This document shows, in pieces, positions 1 through 8,445 of a stretch of 64,000 nt of DNA. Location of the stretch: NCBI GenBank assembly GCA_905233545.1, contig CAJOEV010000005.1, forward strand, positions 1,425 through 65,424, given 5' to 3'. Position 1 is the first letter of the stretch, and each line of letters begins with the position of its first letter. Under the pieces are notes generated by a model. That model ran no database searches and was not told where the DNA came from. It saw only the letters and a list, made by a program, of their open reading frames with translations. This stretch comes from an uncultured Eubacterium sp. (GTDB taxonomy: Bacteria > Bacillota > Clostridia > Oscillospirales > Acutalibacteraceae). Made by a program: the position numbers and the translations under genes.

Positions 1-411
1 ACGCGGAACCTGGCGTGTGGGGGTTGCAAAATGCGGATTGCCCCAGCCCCCTCTGCCACCCTTTGCGGCAATAAAACGCTCGGTTTTGCTCATGTCCGCC
101 ATAACGGCACCGCTGTTTGCCTCCCTTATTATCGTTCCTCTCGGAACACGGATTTCAAGGTCGGCGCCCTTTTTGCCGTTGCAGCGTCCGCCCTTACCGG
201 GCTCACCGTTTGGCGCTTTATATTTTCTTTTGTATCTGAAGTCGGCAAGGGTTGCAAGATTGTCGTCAACAACAAAAACAATATCTCCGCCCTTTCCGCC
301 GTCTCCGCCGTCGGGACCGCCCGAGGCAACATATTTTTCTCTGTGAAAGGCAACGGCGCCGTCTCCGCCGTCCCCGCCTTTGATTTTAATTTTAGCAATG
401 TCTACAAACAT
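1..411 (-). CDS. obg: GTPase Obg/CgtA, N-terminal part (gene continues beyond the left edge)
   Basis: Own minus-strand translation from ATG at 411..409 gives [74 protein letters not shown]..., the glycine-rich Obg fold. It is absent from the ORF track because no stop lies in the window. Confidence 0.9.
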   Translation of the reverse strand, partial: MFVDIAKIKIKGGDGGDGAVAFHREKYVASGGPDGGDGGKGGDIVFVVDDNLATLADFRYKRKYKAPNGEPGKGGRCNGKKGADLEIRVPRGTIIREANSGAVMADMSKTERFIAAKGGRGGWGNPHFATPTRQVPR

Positions 412-427
412 GGTGTTCTCCGTTTTT

Positions 428-489
428 AGTTGCGAGTTTCGAGCTGCGAGTTGCAAGTTGTCGGTTACTCGCTTCGCTCGAACAATATT
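428..489. repeat. heptamer-arm element, half module (GAGTTGC-type arm + GGTTACTCGCTTCGCTCGAACAA core)
   Basis: AGTTGCGAGTTTCGAGCTGCGAGTTGCAAGTTG is followed by TCGGTTACTCGCTTCGCTCGAACAATATT. A nested stem TTCGAGC-GCGAGT...ACTCGC-GCTCGAA can form. Confidence 0.7.
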
Positions 490-821
490 TTTGTGTTCTT
501 AATCAGGCTTGGAATTATCATAATAAATCCGTAAAGCGTTATCACCGACAGTGTTATCGGAAAAAAGACGCAGATTGCAATTTTCTGGAATGCCGAAAAC
601 TCTTTGACTTTCCAAAATGCACTGCAAAATCCCGCATATGAAGCGCAGGGAAGCAGCGGCAAAAGCAAAGAGAGCGCAATTACCTGATTTATTTCAAGCG
701 CATTGTTTACATCGTTGCGGCTGCTCAGAAAAAAAAGAAGCAAAAACAGAAAAACCGCACCGACAAAATACAGCGCAAACATTGATATTATATATCTTTT
801 TGCAAACTTCTTATCATTCAT
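465..821 (-). CDS. hypothetical small membrane protein (3-4 TM segments)
   Basis: 118-aa ORF with hydrophobic segments. Its last codons and stop come from a repeat core. Confidence 0.45.
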   Translation of the reverse strand: MNDKKFAKRYIISMFALYFVGAVFLFLLLFFLSSRNDVNNALEINQVIALSLLLPLLPCASYAGFCSAFWKVKEFSAFQKIAICVFFPITLSVITLYGFIMIIPSLIKNTKILFERSE

Positions 822-962
822 GGCAATAGATTAACACTAATTCAAACTAAAGTCAAATGAAAAACAACCGCCGTTAAAACATCAGCCATTTGTCGGATTG
901 CTTTTTTCGGTACTATAATGTATAATATTTATGAAAATATTTGTAAAAAGGAGAGATTTTTT

Positions 963-3425
963 ATGAAACGAGTTTTAAGTCTGGTTATGACTGCATTGAT
1001 GCTTGTCTCCGCGCTGTCACTGCACGCGTTCTCAGCAAGCGCGCTTGATGCAACGGGCAAGCTCGGAAAAAACATAACTTATGACTATAACTCGGAAACG
1101 GGCGAAGTTTATATCCACGGAAGCGGTGAGATGTACTCTTCAGAAGGTGAATACGAATACTATTCCCCCTTCCAGGAAGAGACGGGCATTAAGCACGTTA
1201 TCATCGACGAGGGCATAACTACCCTGTCCGACGGTCTTTTTAAGGACTGCACGTCTTTAATCAGCGTTGGTCTTCCCGACAGCCTTAAGCTCATCGGCTA
1301 CGACGCTTTTTATAACTGCAGGTCATTAACGGGCATAGTAATTCCGAAGGGCGTTACTCAGCTCAGTTCAAGCGCTTTTTCGGAATGCGCCTCTTTAACA
1401 ACGATTAAGGTAGACAGCGCAAACCCGAAATACGACAGCAGAAACGACTGCAACGGAATCATTGAAACAGAAAAAAATCTCTTGGTAAAAGGCTGTAACA
1501 ACACAACCATTCCGAACGAAATAACGGAAATCGGCTTTATGGCTTTCGCAGACTGCGAAGAGTTAACAAGTATGACCGTTCCCGATTCAGTAAAAATCAT
1601 CGGATATGAAGCGTTTATAGGTTGTGTCCGTCTGGAAACAATCAACCTTCCTTCAACTCTTGACCTCATTGACGGCTACGCTTTTGAAAACACCGCGTTT
1701 TACAACGACGCTTCCAATTGGGAAGACGGCGTTTTATACCTTGATAACTATCTTATCAAAGCAAAATCAATCAACGGCGCATATGAGGTTAAAGACGGAA
1801 CAAGGCTTATTGCTTCAAATGCATTTGCAGGCACCTCAATAACCGAAATAACCTTCCCGAACAGCATTAAAGGCGTCGGCGGCGAAGCATTCTATTATTG
1901 CGACGACCTTGAAAGAGTTAATATTTCTTCACTTGAAGCGTGGTGCAATATTGATTTCGATGATTCATATCACGAAGGTGTATCAACCGCAAACCCCGTT
2001 GCGTGTTCGGAAAAGCTTTATGTTAACGGCAAATTGCTCACTTCCTTAGAGATTCCCGACGGAGTTACAAAAATCGGAAACTGGGCTTTTGCAGGATTGA
2101 AAATCACTTCCGTAAAATTCAACGATGAATTAACAAGCATAGGCAACAACGCATTTTATGAATGCTCAAGCCTTTCTTCAATCAATCTTCCTTCGGGAAT
2201 AAAATCAATCGGAAGAGAAGCTTTCTGCTATATTTCATCAAAATTCACAACAATAACCCTTCCCTCAAGCGTAACCAACATCGGCGCCTTCGCTTTCTAC
2301 AATGTCAGAAAAGTTAAGATTTCATCAATGAAGGCATTCTGCAACATAACCTTCGGCGGTTATGCGTTTGACGGAATAGGCGGTAACTATACCCTCTATC
2401 TTAACGGCAACCAGGTTAAGGAAGCAAAAATTCCAAGCTCAATTACGAGAATTAAGAACTATGCTTTTGCAGATTCTTCAATAACCTCAGTCAGCATTCC
2501 GACAAGCGTTACCTCAATCGGCAAATACGCATTCTGCAGCAGCGCTTTATCATCCATTACTATTCCGAAGAGCGTAACTTCAGTCGATGCAACTGCACTC
2601 AGCACAAGAAAGCTTAAGAGCATTAAGGTTGATTCGGCAAACACCAAGTATTCATCAAAAGACGGCGTTTTGTTCAGCAAAAAGAAGAGCAACCTCATTC
2701 TCTACCCCTACGGCAAGAGCTCAACAAGCTACACTATTCCGAGTTCTGTTTCCAAAGTTTGCTCCTATGCATTCTCTGAAACAAGCAATCTTCTCAAGCT
2801 GACAGTTCCGACAAGCGTTAATACCTTTGACCACCGCGCTTTTGACTATACAAGCAGTGTTCGTACAGTTTACTACAAAGGCAAAATGTCGAGCTGGAAC
2901 AAGATTGATATCAGGGTTGATGATTTTGACCACGAGTCCGACGGAGATACCTGGTGGTATGAAAACGAAGTTCTTTTGCACCAGATAAACATTGTTGCAA
3001 CCGATAAATATATCTGCAGAACTCACGAACTCACAAGCGGAGTTGTTAAAAAACAACCCACCTTCAAGGCAACGGGATACAAGCTCTGCAGCTGCACAAT
3101 CTGCAAAAAGAAGAACATAAAAGTAACCCTTAAGAAGCTCGGCTCGCCCACACTTTCATCGGTAAGCGCAAAATCAAAGGGCTTCAAGGCAAACTGGAAT
3201 TCGGTTAAAAATATCGGCGGTTACCAGATTCAATACTCGGTATACAGCAAGTTTAAAAACGCAAAAACCGTAACCGTTTCGGGTTATAAATCAACGGCAA
3301 AAACCGTTTCAAAGCTTAAGGCAAATAAAAAATACTTTGTCCGCATAAGAGGATACAAAAAAATCGGCTCAAAGAAATATTATTCAAACTGGAGCGGCAG
3401 CAAGGCTGTTACAACAAAAAGCTAA
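963..3425 (+). CDS. secreted leucine-rich-repeat (BspA-like) surface protein with C-terminal Fn3-like module
   Basis: ORF 918..3425. Start chosen at ATG 963 (AAAAGGAGAG RBS, signal peptide MKRVLSLVMTALMLVSALSLHAFSASA). It has many ~23-aa repeats of the type IP.SVT.IG..AF..C.SL and a C-terminal GYQIQY...YFVRIRGYKK module. Confidence 0.8.
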   Translation: MKRVLSLVMTALMLVSALSLHAFSASALDATGKLGKNITYDYNSETGEVYIHGSGEMYSSEGEYEYYSPFQEETGIKHVIIDEGITTLSDGLFKDCTSLISVGLPDSLKLIGYDAFYNCRSLTGIVIPKGVTQLSSSAFSECASLTTIKVDSANPKYDSRNDCNGIIETEKNLLVKGCNNTTIPNEITEIGFMAFADCEELTSMTVPDSVKIIGYEAFIGCVRLETINLPSTLDLIDGYAFENTAFYNDASNWEDGVLYLDNYLIKAKSINGAYEVKDGTRLIASNAFAGTSITEITFPNSIKGVGGEAFYYCDDLERVNISSLEAWCNIDFDDSYHEGVSTANPVACSEKLYVNGKLLTSLEIPDGVTKIGNWAFAGLKITSVKFNDELTSIGNNAFYECSSLSSINLPSGIKSIGREAFCYISSKFTTITLPSSVTNIGAFAFYNVRKVKISSMKAFCNITFGGYAFDGIGGNYTLYLNGNQVKEAKIPSSITRIKNYAFADSSITSVSIPTSVTSIGKYAFCSSALSSITIPKSVTSVDATALSTRKLKSIKVDSANTKYSSKDGVLFSKKKSNLILYPYGKSSTSYTIPSSVSKVCSYAFSETSNLLKLTVPTSVNTFDHRAFDYTSSVRTVYYKGKMSSWNKIDIRVDDFDHESDGDTWWYENEVLLHQINIVATDKYICRTHELTSGVVKKQPTFKATGYKLCSCTICKKKNIKVTLKKLGSPTLSSVSAKSKGFKANWNSVKNIGGYQIQYSVYSKFKNAKTVTVSGYKSTAKTVSKLKANKKYFVRIRGYKKIGSKKYYSNWSGSKAVTTKS

Positions 3426-3431
3426 ATAAAC

Positions 3432-3472
3432 AAAAAAGCCTCGGGAATTTAAAATTCCCGGGGCATTTTTTT
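3432..3472. terminator. bidirectional intrinsic terminator
   Basis: AAAAAAGCCTCGGGAATTTAAAATTCCCGGGGCATTTTTTT lies between convergent genes. Confidence 0.8.
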
Positions 3473-3479
3473 GCACTGA

Positions 3480-3680
3480 TTATTTGTTTGCAACATATTC
3501 CTTAATCTGTTCAAGAACATCGTCGCAGTTGATTCCGTGAACCATGCACGCTTCTTCAAGGGTTTCGCCGATTGAAGCAGGACAGCCAACGCAGTGCATT
3601 CCGTTTTGCATAAGAATTACTGCAATTCCTCTGTCAAATTCAAGCATTTCGCCCATTGTTGTCTCTTTTGTTATTTCCAT
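3480..3680 (-). CDS. DUF1858-type redox disulfide protein (hybrid-cluster-protein associated)
   Basis: MEITKETTMGEMLEFDRGIAVILMQNGMHCVGCPASIGETLEEACMVHGI. Start moved to ATG 3680, which is preceded by GGAGG. Confidence 0.75.
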   Translation of the reverse strand: MEITKETTMGEMLEFDRGIAVILMQNGMHCVGCPASIGETLEEACMVHGINCDDVLEQIKEYVANK

Positions 3681-3775
3681 GAGTTTGTCCTCCGTTTTAA
3701 TTCCTATTTGTTTTGTAGGTTTTTCCGCTAAAGATACTAACATAATTATTTTGATATGTCAATGGTTTTTTATTC

Positions 3776-3962
3776 AGGTGTTAGGTGTTAGGTGTTAGGT
3801 GTTAGGTTTTAGGGGTTAGGGGGTTGGTCGCTTAGCGGCGATTATATTTTCAAGAAAGGGGTCAGACCCCTTTCTTGATTTTGTGCTGTCACTGCACCGA
3901 AATTGTAGGGGAGGCTCTCCCGAGCCTCCCACAAATTCAACACCCAACCCCTAAACCCTAAA
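3776..3962. repeat. composite heptamer-arm element (TAGGTGT/TAGGGGT arms, core, terminator-like hairpin, GTAG-REP hairpin)
   Basis: Left arm 3776..3827 is (GGTGTTA)n..GGGGTTAGGGGGTTGG. Core is TCGCTTAGCGGCGATTATA. Hairpin CAAGAAAGGGG-TCAG-ACCCCTTTCTTG follows, then GTAG+GGGAGGCTC-TCCC-GAGCCTCCC at 3905..3930. Right arm 3937..3962 is CAACACCCAACCCCTAAACCCTAAAAA. Confidence 0.8.
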
Positions 3963-4043
3963 AATTTTTTATATTGATATTGAAATATCACATTAATGGT
4001 GATACAATATATCTTGTATTTTTTATGGGGGTGAACAGGCTCA

Positions 4044-5522
4044 ATGTACAAAATAGGCTTTGATAACGACAAATATAAATCACTTCAGTCATCAAGAATC
4101 CGCGAAAGAATTAACGAATTCGGCGGAAAGCTGTATCTTGAATTCGGCGGAAAGCTTTTTGATGACTACCATGCTTCGCGTGTTCTTCCGGGTTTCCAGC
4201 CCGACAGTAAGCTCCAGATGCTTCTTCAGCTCAAGGACGAGGCGGAAATAGTTATTGTTATTAACGCTCAGGACATTGAAAAGGCAAAACTGCGCGGTGA
4301 CCTCGGAATCACATATGACGATGATGTTGTTCGCCTTATCGGTGAATTCACGGATATCGGGCTTATGGTCGGAAGCGTTGTCTTAACAAAATACACTCCC
4401 TCCTCACGCGTTGAAGCGTTTGAAAAAAGACTTGAGTCAATGGGCTATCCCGTTTATCATCACTATGTTATCGAGGGCTATCCTTCAAATATTTCACAGA
4501 TTGTAAGCGACGAGGGATACGGCAAAAACGACTATATCGAAACCTCAAGAAAGCTTGTTATCATTACCGCACCGGGTCCCGGAAGCGGAAAAATGGCAAC
4601 CTGTCTCTCCCAGCTCTATCACGAAAACAAAAGAGGAATCAAAGCGGGATACGCAAAATTTGAAACCTTCCCGATTTGGAATTTACCTCTGCGCCACCCC
4701 GTTAATATCGCATACGAAGCTGCAACCGCGGACCTCAACGATGTTAATATGATAGACCCGTGGCACCTTGAGGCATACGGAAAAACAACGGTTAACTACA
4801 ACCGCGATGTTGAAATCTTCCCCGTTTTAAAGGCAACCTTTGATAAGATTTACGGCGAATGCCCCTATAAATCACCCACCGATATGGGCGTTAATATGGC
4901 TGGCAAGTGCATTATTGACGACGACGCGTGCAAAGAAGCTTCGAATCAGGAGATAATCCGCCGTTATTTCAAAGCACTTTGTGCAAGCGTTAATTCGCCT
5001 GCTGCAAAGGAAGAAGTATATAAGCTTGAGCTTCTTATGAACCAGGCAGGAATAACGGAAACACACAGAAAATGTATTCTTCCTGCAAGAAAGGTTGAAA
5101 AAAGAACAAAACAGCCCGCTGCAGCTATTGAGCTTAACAACGGCGAAATTATAACGGGCAAAACAAGCGAGCTTCTCGGCTGTTCGTCCGCAATGCTTCT
5201 CAACGCGCTTAAAACGCTTGCAGGCATTGACGATGAAACATTACTCATTCTTCCCGAGGTTATCAAGCCCGTTCAGACGCTTAAGGTAAATTATCTCGGC
5301 AACCACAACCCGAGACTTCATACGGACGAAACTCTGCTTGCGCTTTCTGTTTCGGCTGCAACGGATAAAAATGCAGCTGCAGCGCTTGCACAGCTTAAAA
5401 ATCTTAAAAATACGGAAATGCATTCAACGGTTATGCTCTCTCCCGTTGATGACAGCACGCTCAAAAAGCTCGGAATCAGAGTAACCTGCGACGCAAAGAC
5501 AAAAAAGCAGGCTATTCAGTAG
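4044..5522 (+). CDS. DUF1846 (UPF0371) family protein
   Basis: 492 aa starting MYKIGFDNDKYKSLQSSRIRERINEFGGKLYLEFGGKLFDDYHASRVLPGF, typical of the family. Confidence 0.85.
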   Translation: MYKIGFDNDKYKSLQSSRIRERINEFGGKLYLEFGGKLFDDYHASRVLPGFQPDSKLQMLLQLKDEAEIVIVINAQDIEKAKLRGDLGITYDDDVVRLIGEFTDIGLMVGSVVLTKYTPSSRVEAFEKRLESMGYPVYHHYVIEGYPSNISQIVSDEGYGKNDYIETSRKLVIITAPGPGSGKMATCLSQLYHENKRGIKAGYAKFETFPIWNLPLRHPVNIAYEAATADLNDVNMIDPWHLEAYGKTTVNYNRDVEIFPVLKATFDKIYGECPYKSPTDMGVNMAGKCIIDDDACKEASNQEIIRRYFKALCASVNSPAAKEEVYKLELLMNQAGITETHRKCILPARKVEKRTKQPAAAIELNNGEIITGKTSELLGCSSAMLLNALKTLAGIDDETLLILPEVIKPVQTLKVNYLGNHNPRLHTDETLLALSVSAATDKNAAAALAQLKNLKNTEMHSTVMLSPVDDSTLKKLGIRVTCDAKTKKQAIQ

Positions 5523-5616
5523 GCAGCAGGTAGCTATATGTTTGCTGCGCTCCGAAATTATAAATAAAAGCAGTCGGATTTCCGACTGCTTTTTTACTGC
5601 CTGTGCCTGCCTTTAA
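5520..5616. repeat. heptamer-arm element (GGCAGCA/GGCAGGC arms) enclosing a bidirectional terminator
   Basis: TAGGCAGCAGGTAGC is followed by core TTTGCTGCGCTCCGAAATTATAAAT. Terminator AAAAGCAGTCGGATTTCCGACTGCTTTTTT lies at 5567..5596, then ACTGCCTGTGCCTGCC. The two ends touch both convergent stop codons. Confidence 0.7.
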
Positions 5617-6456
5617 TTATTCCTCTGTTGTATAGCTGAACGAGGACGCATTATATCCGAAATACTTTTCAACAAGCGGAGTGAATCTGTCGCCGTCGCC
5701 GTATGCTTCGTCCTTGAGCTCTTTTATTGCTTCGTTAATTGAGTCCTTCCATCCGCTGTGCTTAGCGCAGGCAATAACATATTCAATAGTATCAAGCTCA
5801 TGCTCCATTACAGAATAGTTCTTTTCCTGCTTGAGCGGATTGAAGCTGAATTCATCCGTTACAAGAATATCTGCACTGCCCTCATCAAGCATTTTCAGCG
5901 CTTCCTCGGCGCTCTTTGCAACTGATTTCGACTTGCAGACAGATGATATTGCCGAATTTGCTTCAAACGCAGACTGTGCGTCGGCGCTTACGATAACAAC
6001 CTTTGCCCCTTTGAAGTCGCCGAAGGTTTTTCTTTTACTGTTTTTCGCTGTTAATGCAATAACTCTGTTGGTTATAATCGGCTCGGTAAAGGAATAATCT
6101 TCATTAAAAGTTCCCCTGTTTTTAGAAACACCGCCCATAAGAAGCGCCGCGCTGTATTCCTTATCTTTTGAATCAAAGAAACCGCCGTCATCTTCAAGGG
6201 TGTAGCCCTCGTCAACCTTTTCAAAGGTATAGCTCTTTAAATCGCCCTTGACATCATCAAAAATCGCCTTGAAAAGCTCAGCCTCAAAGCCCGTTACCTT
6301 GCCGTTTTTGTCAATATTAAGAAACGGAGAAACAGCTTCGGTATAACCGATAATCAGCTTTTCATCGCTGTACTTTTCCTTTTTCTCAGATGAACAGCCC
6401 GAAAAAGCCGCACAAATAAGAAAAACGGATAAAAGAATTGCAAGAAGTTTTTTCAT
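5617..6456 (-). CDS. ABC transporter substrate-binding lipoprotein (family 3, amino-acid type)
   Basis: MKKLLAILLSVFLICAAFSGC lipobox. SBP_bac_3-like body. Start at ATG 6456. Confidence 0.75.
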   Translation of the reverse strand: MKKLLAILLSVFLICAAFSGCSSEKKEKYSDEKLIIGYTEAVSPFLNIDKNGKVTGFEAELFKAIFDDVKGDLKSYTFEKVDEGYTLEDDGGFFDSKDKEYSAALLMGGVSKNRGTFNEDYSFTEPIITNRVIALTAKNSKRKTFGDFKGAKVVIVSADAQSAFEANSAISSVCKSKSVAKSAEEALKMLDEGSADILVTDEFSFNPLKQEKNYSVMEHELDTIEYVIACAKHSGWKDSINEAIKELKDEAYGDGDRFTPLVEKYFGYNASSFSYTTEE

Positions 6457-6588
6457 AACAATCACCTTCAACATAAGTATAAGATAATTTTATCTTATAA
6501 CTATTTATAAGTCAAGCAAAACAAAATATTTGACTTTGAATTATAATAGTATTAAAATATCTATTAATCTAAAAAAGTAGGTGGATAT

Positions 6589-7785
6589 ATGTTAACACTT
6601 GATAAGGTATACAAAGCCTCACGGGTTCTCAGCGAAGTTGTCCGTCAGACCGATATGATTGCCGCACCGAAGCTCAATCCTTCGGCGGATATCTATCTTA
6701 AAACTGAAAACCTTCAGGTAACGGGCTCGTTCAAGGTAAGGGGCTCATACTATAAAATCAGCCAGCTTTCCGACGAGGAAAAGAAAAACGGCGTTATTGC
6801 CTGCTCCGCAGGTAACCACGCGCAGGGCGTTGCGCTTGCAGCGGCAAAAAGCGGAATAAATTCGCTGATTTGTCTGCCCGAGGGCGCTCCGATAAGCAAG
6901 GTTGAGGCAACAAGAAAATACGGCGCCGAAATCTGTATGGTAAAGGGCGTTTACGACGACGCATATAATAAAGCGCTCGAACTCCAGAAGGAAAAGGGCA
7001 TGGCGTTCATCCATCCCTTCAACGACCCCGATGTTATCGCAGGTCAGGGCACAATCGGTCTTGAGATTCTGAATCAGCTTCCCGAGGCGGACATTGTTGT
7101 TGTTCCCGTCGGCGGCGGCGGACTTATCGCAGGCGTTGCATATGCAATCAAACAGCTTAAGCCCTCCTGCAAGGTATACGGCGTTCAGGCAAGCGGTGCG
7201 CCCTCAATGCAAAAGAGCATTGACGACGGCGAGATTGAAACACTTTCAAAGGTCAACACTATTGCCGACGGTATTGCCGTTAAAACTCCGGGCACTCTTA
7301 CATATGATATCTGCAAGGAATATGTTGACGGAATTATAACCGTAACAGATGATGAAATTGCCCTTGCAATCCTGACCCTGCTTGAACAGCAGAAGCTTAT
7401 TGCAGAAGGCGCGGGCGCTGTTCCCGTTGCAGCTGTTATGAACGGAAAAATTCCCGATATGAAGGGCAAAAAGGTCTGCTGTCTTGTTTCGGGCGGAAAT
7501 ATTGATGTAACAATTCTTTCAAGAGTTATTGAAAGAGGACTTCTTATGGGCGGAAGAACAGCCGATATCGTTATTGCGCTTTCGGATAAACCCGGTCAGC
7601 TCGCAGGAGTCAGCCGTATTATTGCAGAACAGGGCGCAAATGTTGTTTCGGTTAATTACGACTCAACCGACCTCGACATGAATATAACCGACTGCTATTT
7701 GAAAATCGGCGTTGAAACAAGGAACTTTGAGCATATCGCCTCGGTTAAAAAGGCACTTACCGACGCAGGCTTTCAGGTCTGTTAA
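6589..7785 (+). CDS. ilvA: threonine ammonia-lyase (threonine dehydratase) with C-terminal ACT-like domain
   Basis: PLP motif LQVTGSFKVRG and GGGGLIAG are present. 398 aa. Confidence 0.9.
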   Translation: MLTLDKVYKASRVLSEVVRQTDMIAAPKLNPSADIYLKTENLQVTGSFKVRGSYYKISQLSDEEKKNGVIACSAGNHAQGVALAAAKSGINSLICLPEGAPISKVEATRKYGAEICMVKGVYDDAYNKALELQKEKGMAFIHPFNDPDVIAGQGTIGLEILNQLPEADIVVVPVGGGGLIAGVAYAIKQLKPSCKVYGVQASGAPSMQKSIDDGEIETLSKVNTIADGIAVKTPGTLTYDICKEYVDGIITVTDDEIALAILTLLEQQKLIAEGAGAVPVAAVMNGKIPDMKGKKVCCLVSGGNIDVTILSRVIERGLLMGGRTADIVIALSDKPGQLAGVSRIIAEQGANVVSVNYDSTDLDMNITDCYLKIGVETRNFEHIASVKKALTDAGFQVC

Positions 7786-7900
7786 TAATTAGGAATTAGA
7801 AATGAGGAATGAGGAATTTCGGGTCGCTTTGCTCCGATTATAATCGGGTGAGGGCGGAGCCCTCCCAAAACTCCTAATTCCTAACTCCTAATTCCTCATT
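7786..7900. repeat. heptamer-arm element, full (GGAATTA/GGAATGA arms, core TTCGGGTCGCTTTGCTCCGATTATAATCG + GC hairpin)
   Basis: AATTAGGAATTAGAAATGAGGAATGAGGAAT, then the core with the perfect palindrome CGATTATAATCG. GAGGGCGGAGCCCTCCC follows, then CTCCTAATTCCTAACTCCTAATTCCTCATT. Confidence 0.8.
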
Positions 7901-7916
7901 AATAAGGAGAATAACT

Positions 7917-8288
7917 ATGGAATACGTAGCAACAACTAACGCACCGAATGCAATCGGTCCTTATTCCCAGGCGGTTAAGGCAAACGGATTGCTTTTCACC
8001 TCGGGACAAATTGCAATCAACCCGAAAACAAACACCGTTGAAGCAAAAACCATTGAGGAGCAGACAACTCAGGTCTGCGAAAACCTCAAGGCAGTTGTTG
8101 AGGCGGCAGGAACATCAATGGAAAAGGTTGTTAAAACCGTTTGCTTCCTCGCCGACATAAATGACTTTAGCGCTTTCAACGAAATCTACGGCAAATATTT
8201 TGTTTCAAAGCCTGCGCGCTCCTGCGTTGCGGTCAAGGATTTGCCAAAAGGCGTTTTGTGTGAAGTGGAACTTATAGCAGAGCTTTAA
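7917..8288 (+). CDS. ridA: RidA family reactive-intermediate (enamine/imine) deaminase
   Basis: 123 aa with APNAIGPYSQAV...GQI motif. Sits downstream of ilvA. Confidence 0.9.
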   Translation: MEYVATTNAPNAIGPYSQAVKANGLLFTSGQIAINPKTNTVEAKTIEEQTTQVCENLKAVVEAAGTSMEKVVKTVCFLADINDFSAFNEIYGKYFVSKPARSCVAVKDLPKGVLCEVELIAEL

Positions 8289-8301
8289 GCTCTGCTTTTT
8301 T
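8277..8301 (+). terminator. intrinsic terminator of ridA
   Basis: GCAGAGC-TTTAA-GCTCTGC followed by TTTTTT. The stop codon lies in the loop. Confidence 0.8.
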
Positions 8302-8302
8302 A

Positions 8303-8387
8303 ATTGAGAATGGAGAATTGAGAATGGAGAATTTCGGGTCGCTTCGCTCCGCACCCCTAAAACCTAACACCTAACACCTAAAAAACC
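8303..8387. repeat. heptamer-arm element with non-matching arms (GAGAATG left, CCTAACA right)
   Basis: ATTGAGAATGGAGAATTGAGAATGGAGAAT, then core TTCGGGTCGCTTCGCTCCGC, then ACCCCTAAAACCTAACACCTAACACCTAAAAAACC. Confidence 0.75.
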
Positions 8388-8389
8388 TA

Positions 8390-8418
8390 TTGCCATAAGT
8401 CTTGTATAATGCTATAAT
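8390..8418 (+). promoter_or_regulatory. sigma-A-like promoter (TTGCCA-17-TATAAT)
   Basis: TTGCCA at 8390..8395 and TATAAT at 8413..8418 with a 17-nt spacer. It lies about 28 nt upstream of the structured element. Confidence 0.55.
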
Positions 8419-8445
8419 GTAATGTGGAATATATTGTGGTGGTAT

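Noticed and set aside
3776-3836. Possible CRISPR array or other spacer-containing repeat (also at 9481, 12119, 15472, 18497, 30680)
   Set aside because: The period is only 7 nt with no unique spacers, the units are degenerate, and no cas genes are present. These are short tandem arrays belonging to the arm/core element family.
3937-3962. CCCTAAACCCTAAA resembles plant-type telomeric repeats (eukaryotic contamination?)
   Set aside because: Only two units are present, embedded in a drifting CCTAACA/CCCTAAA array that mirrors the left arm of the same bacterial element. The flanking genes are bacterial.
3842-4072. 76-aa ORF on the minus strand
   Set aside because: It is read entirely through repeat-element sequence (hairpins and arms) and overlaps the start of the DUF1846 gene. 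It has no RBS.
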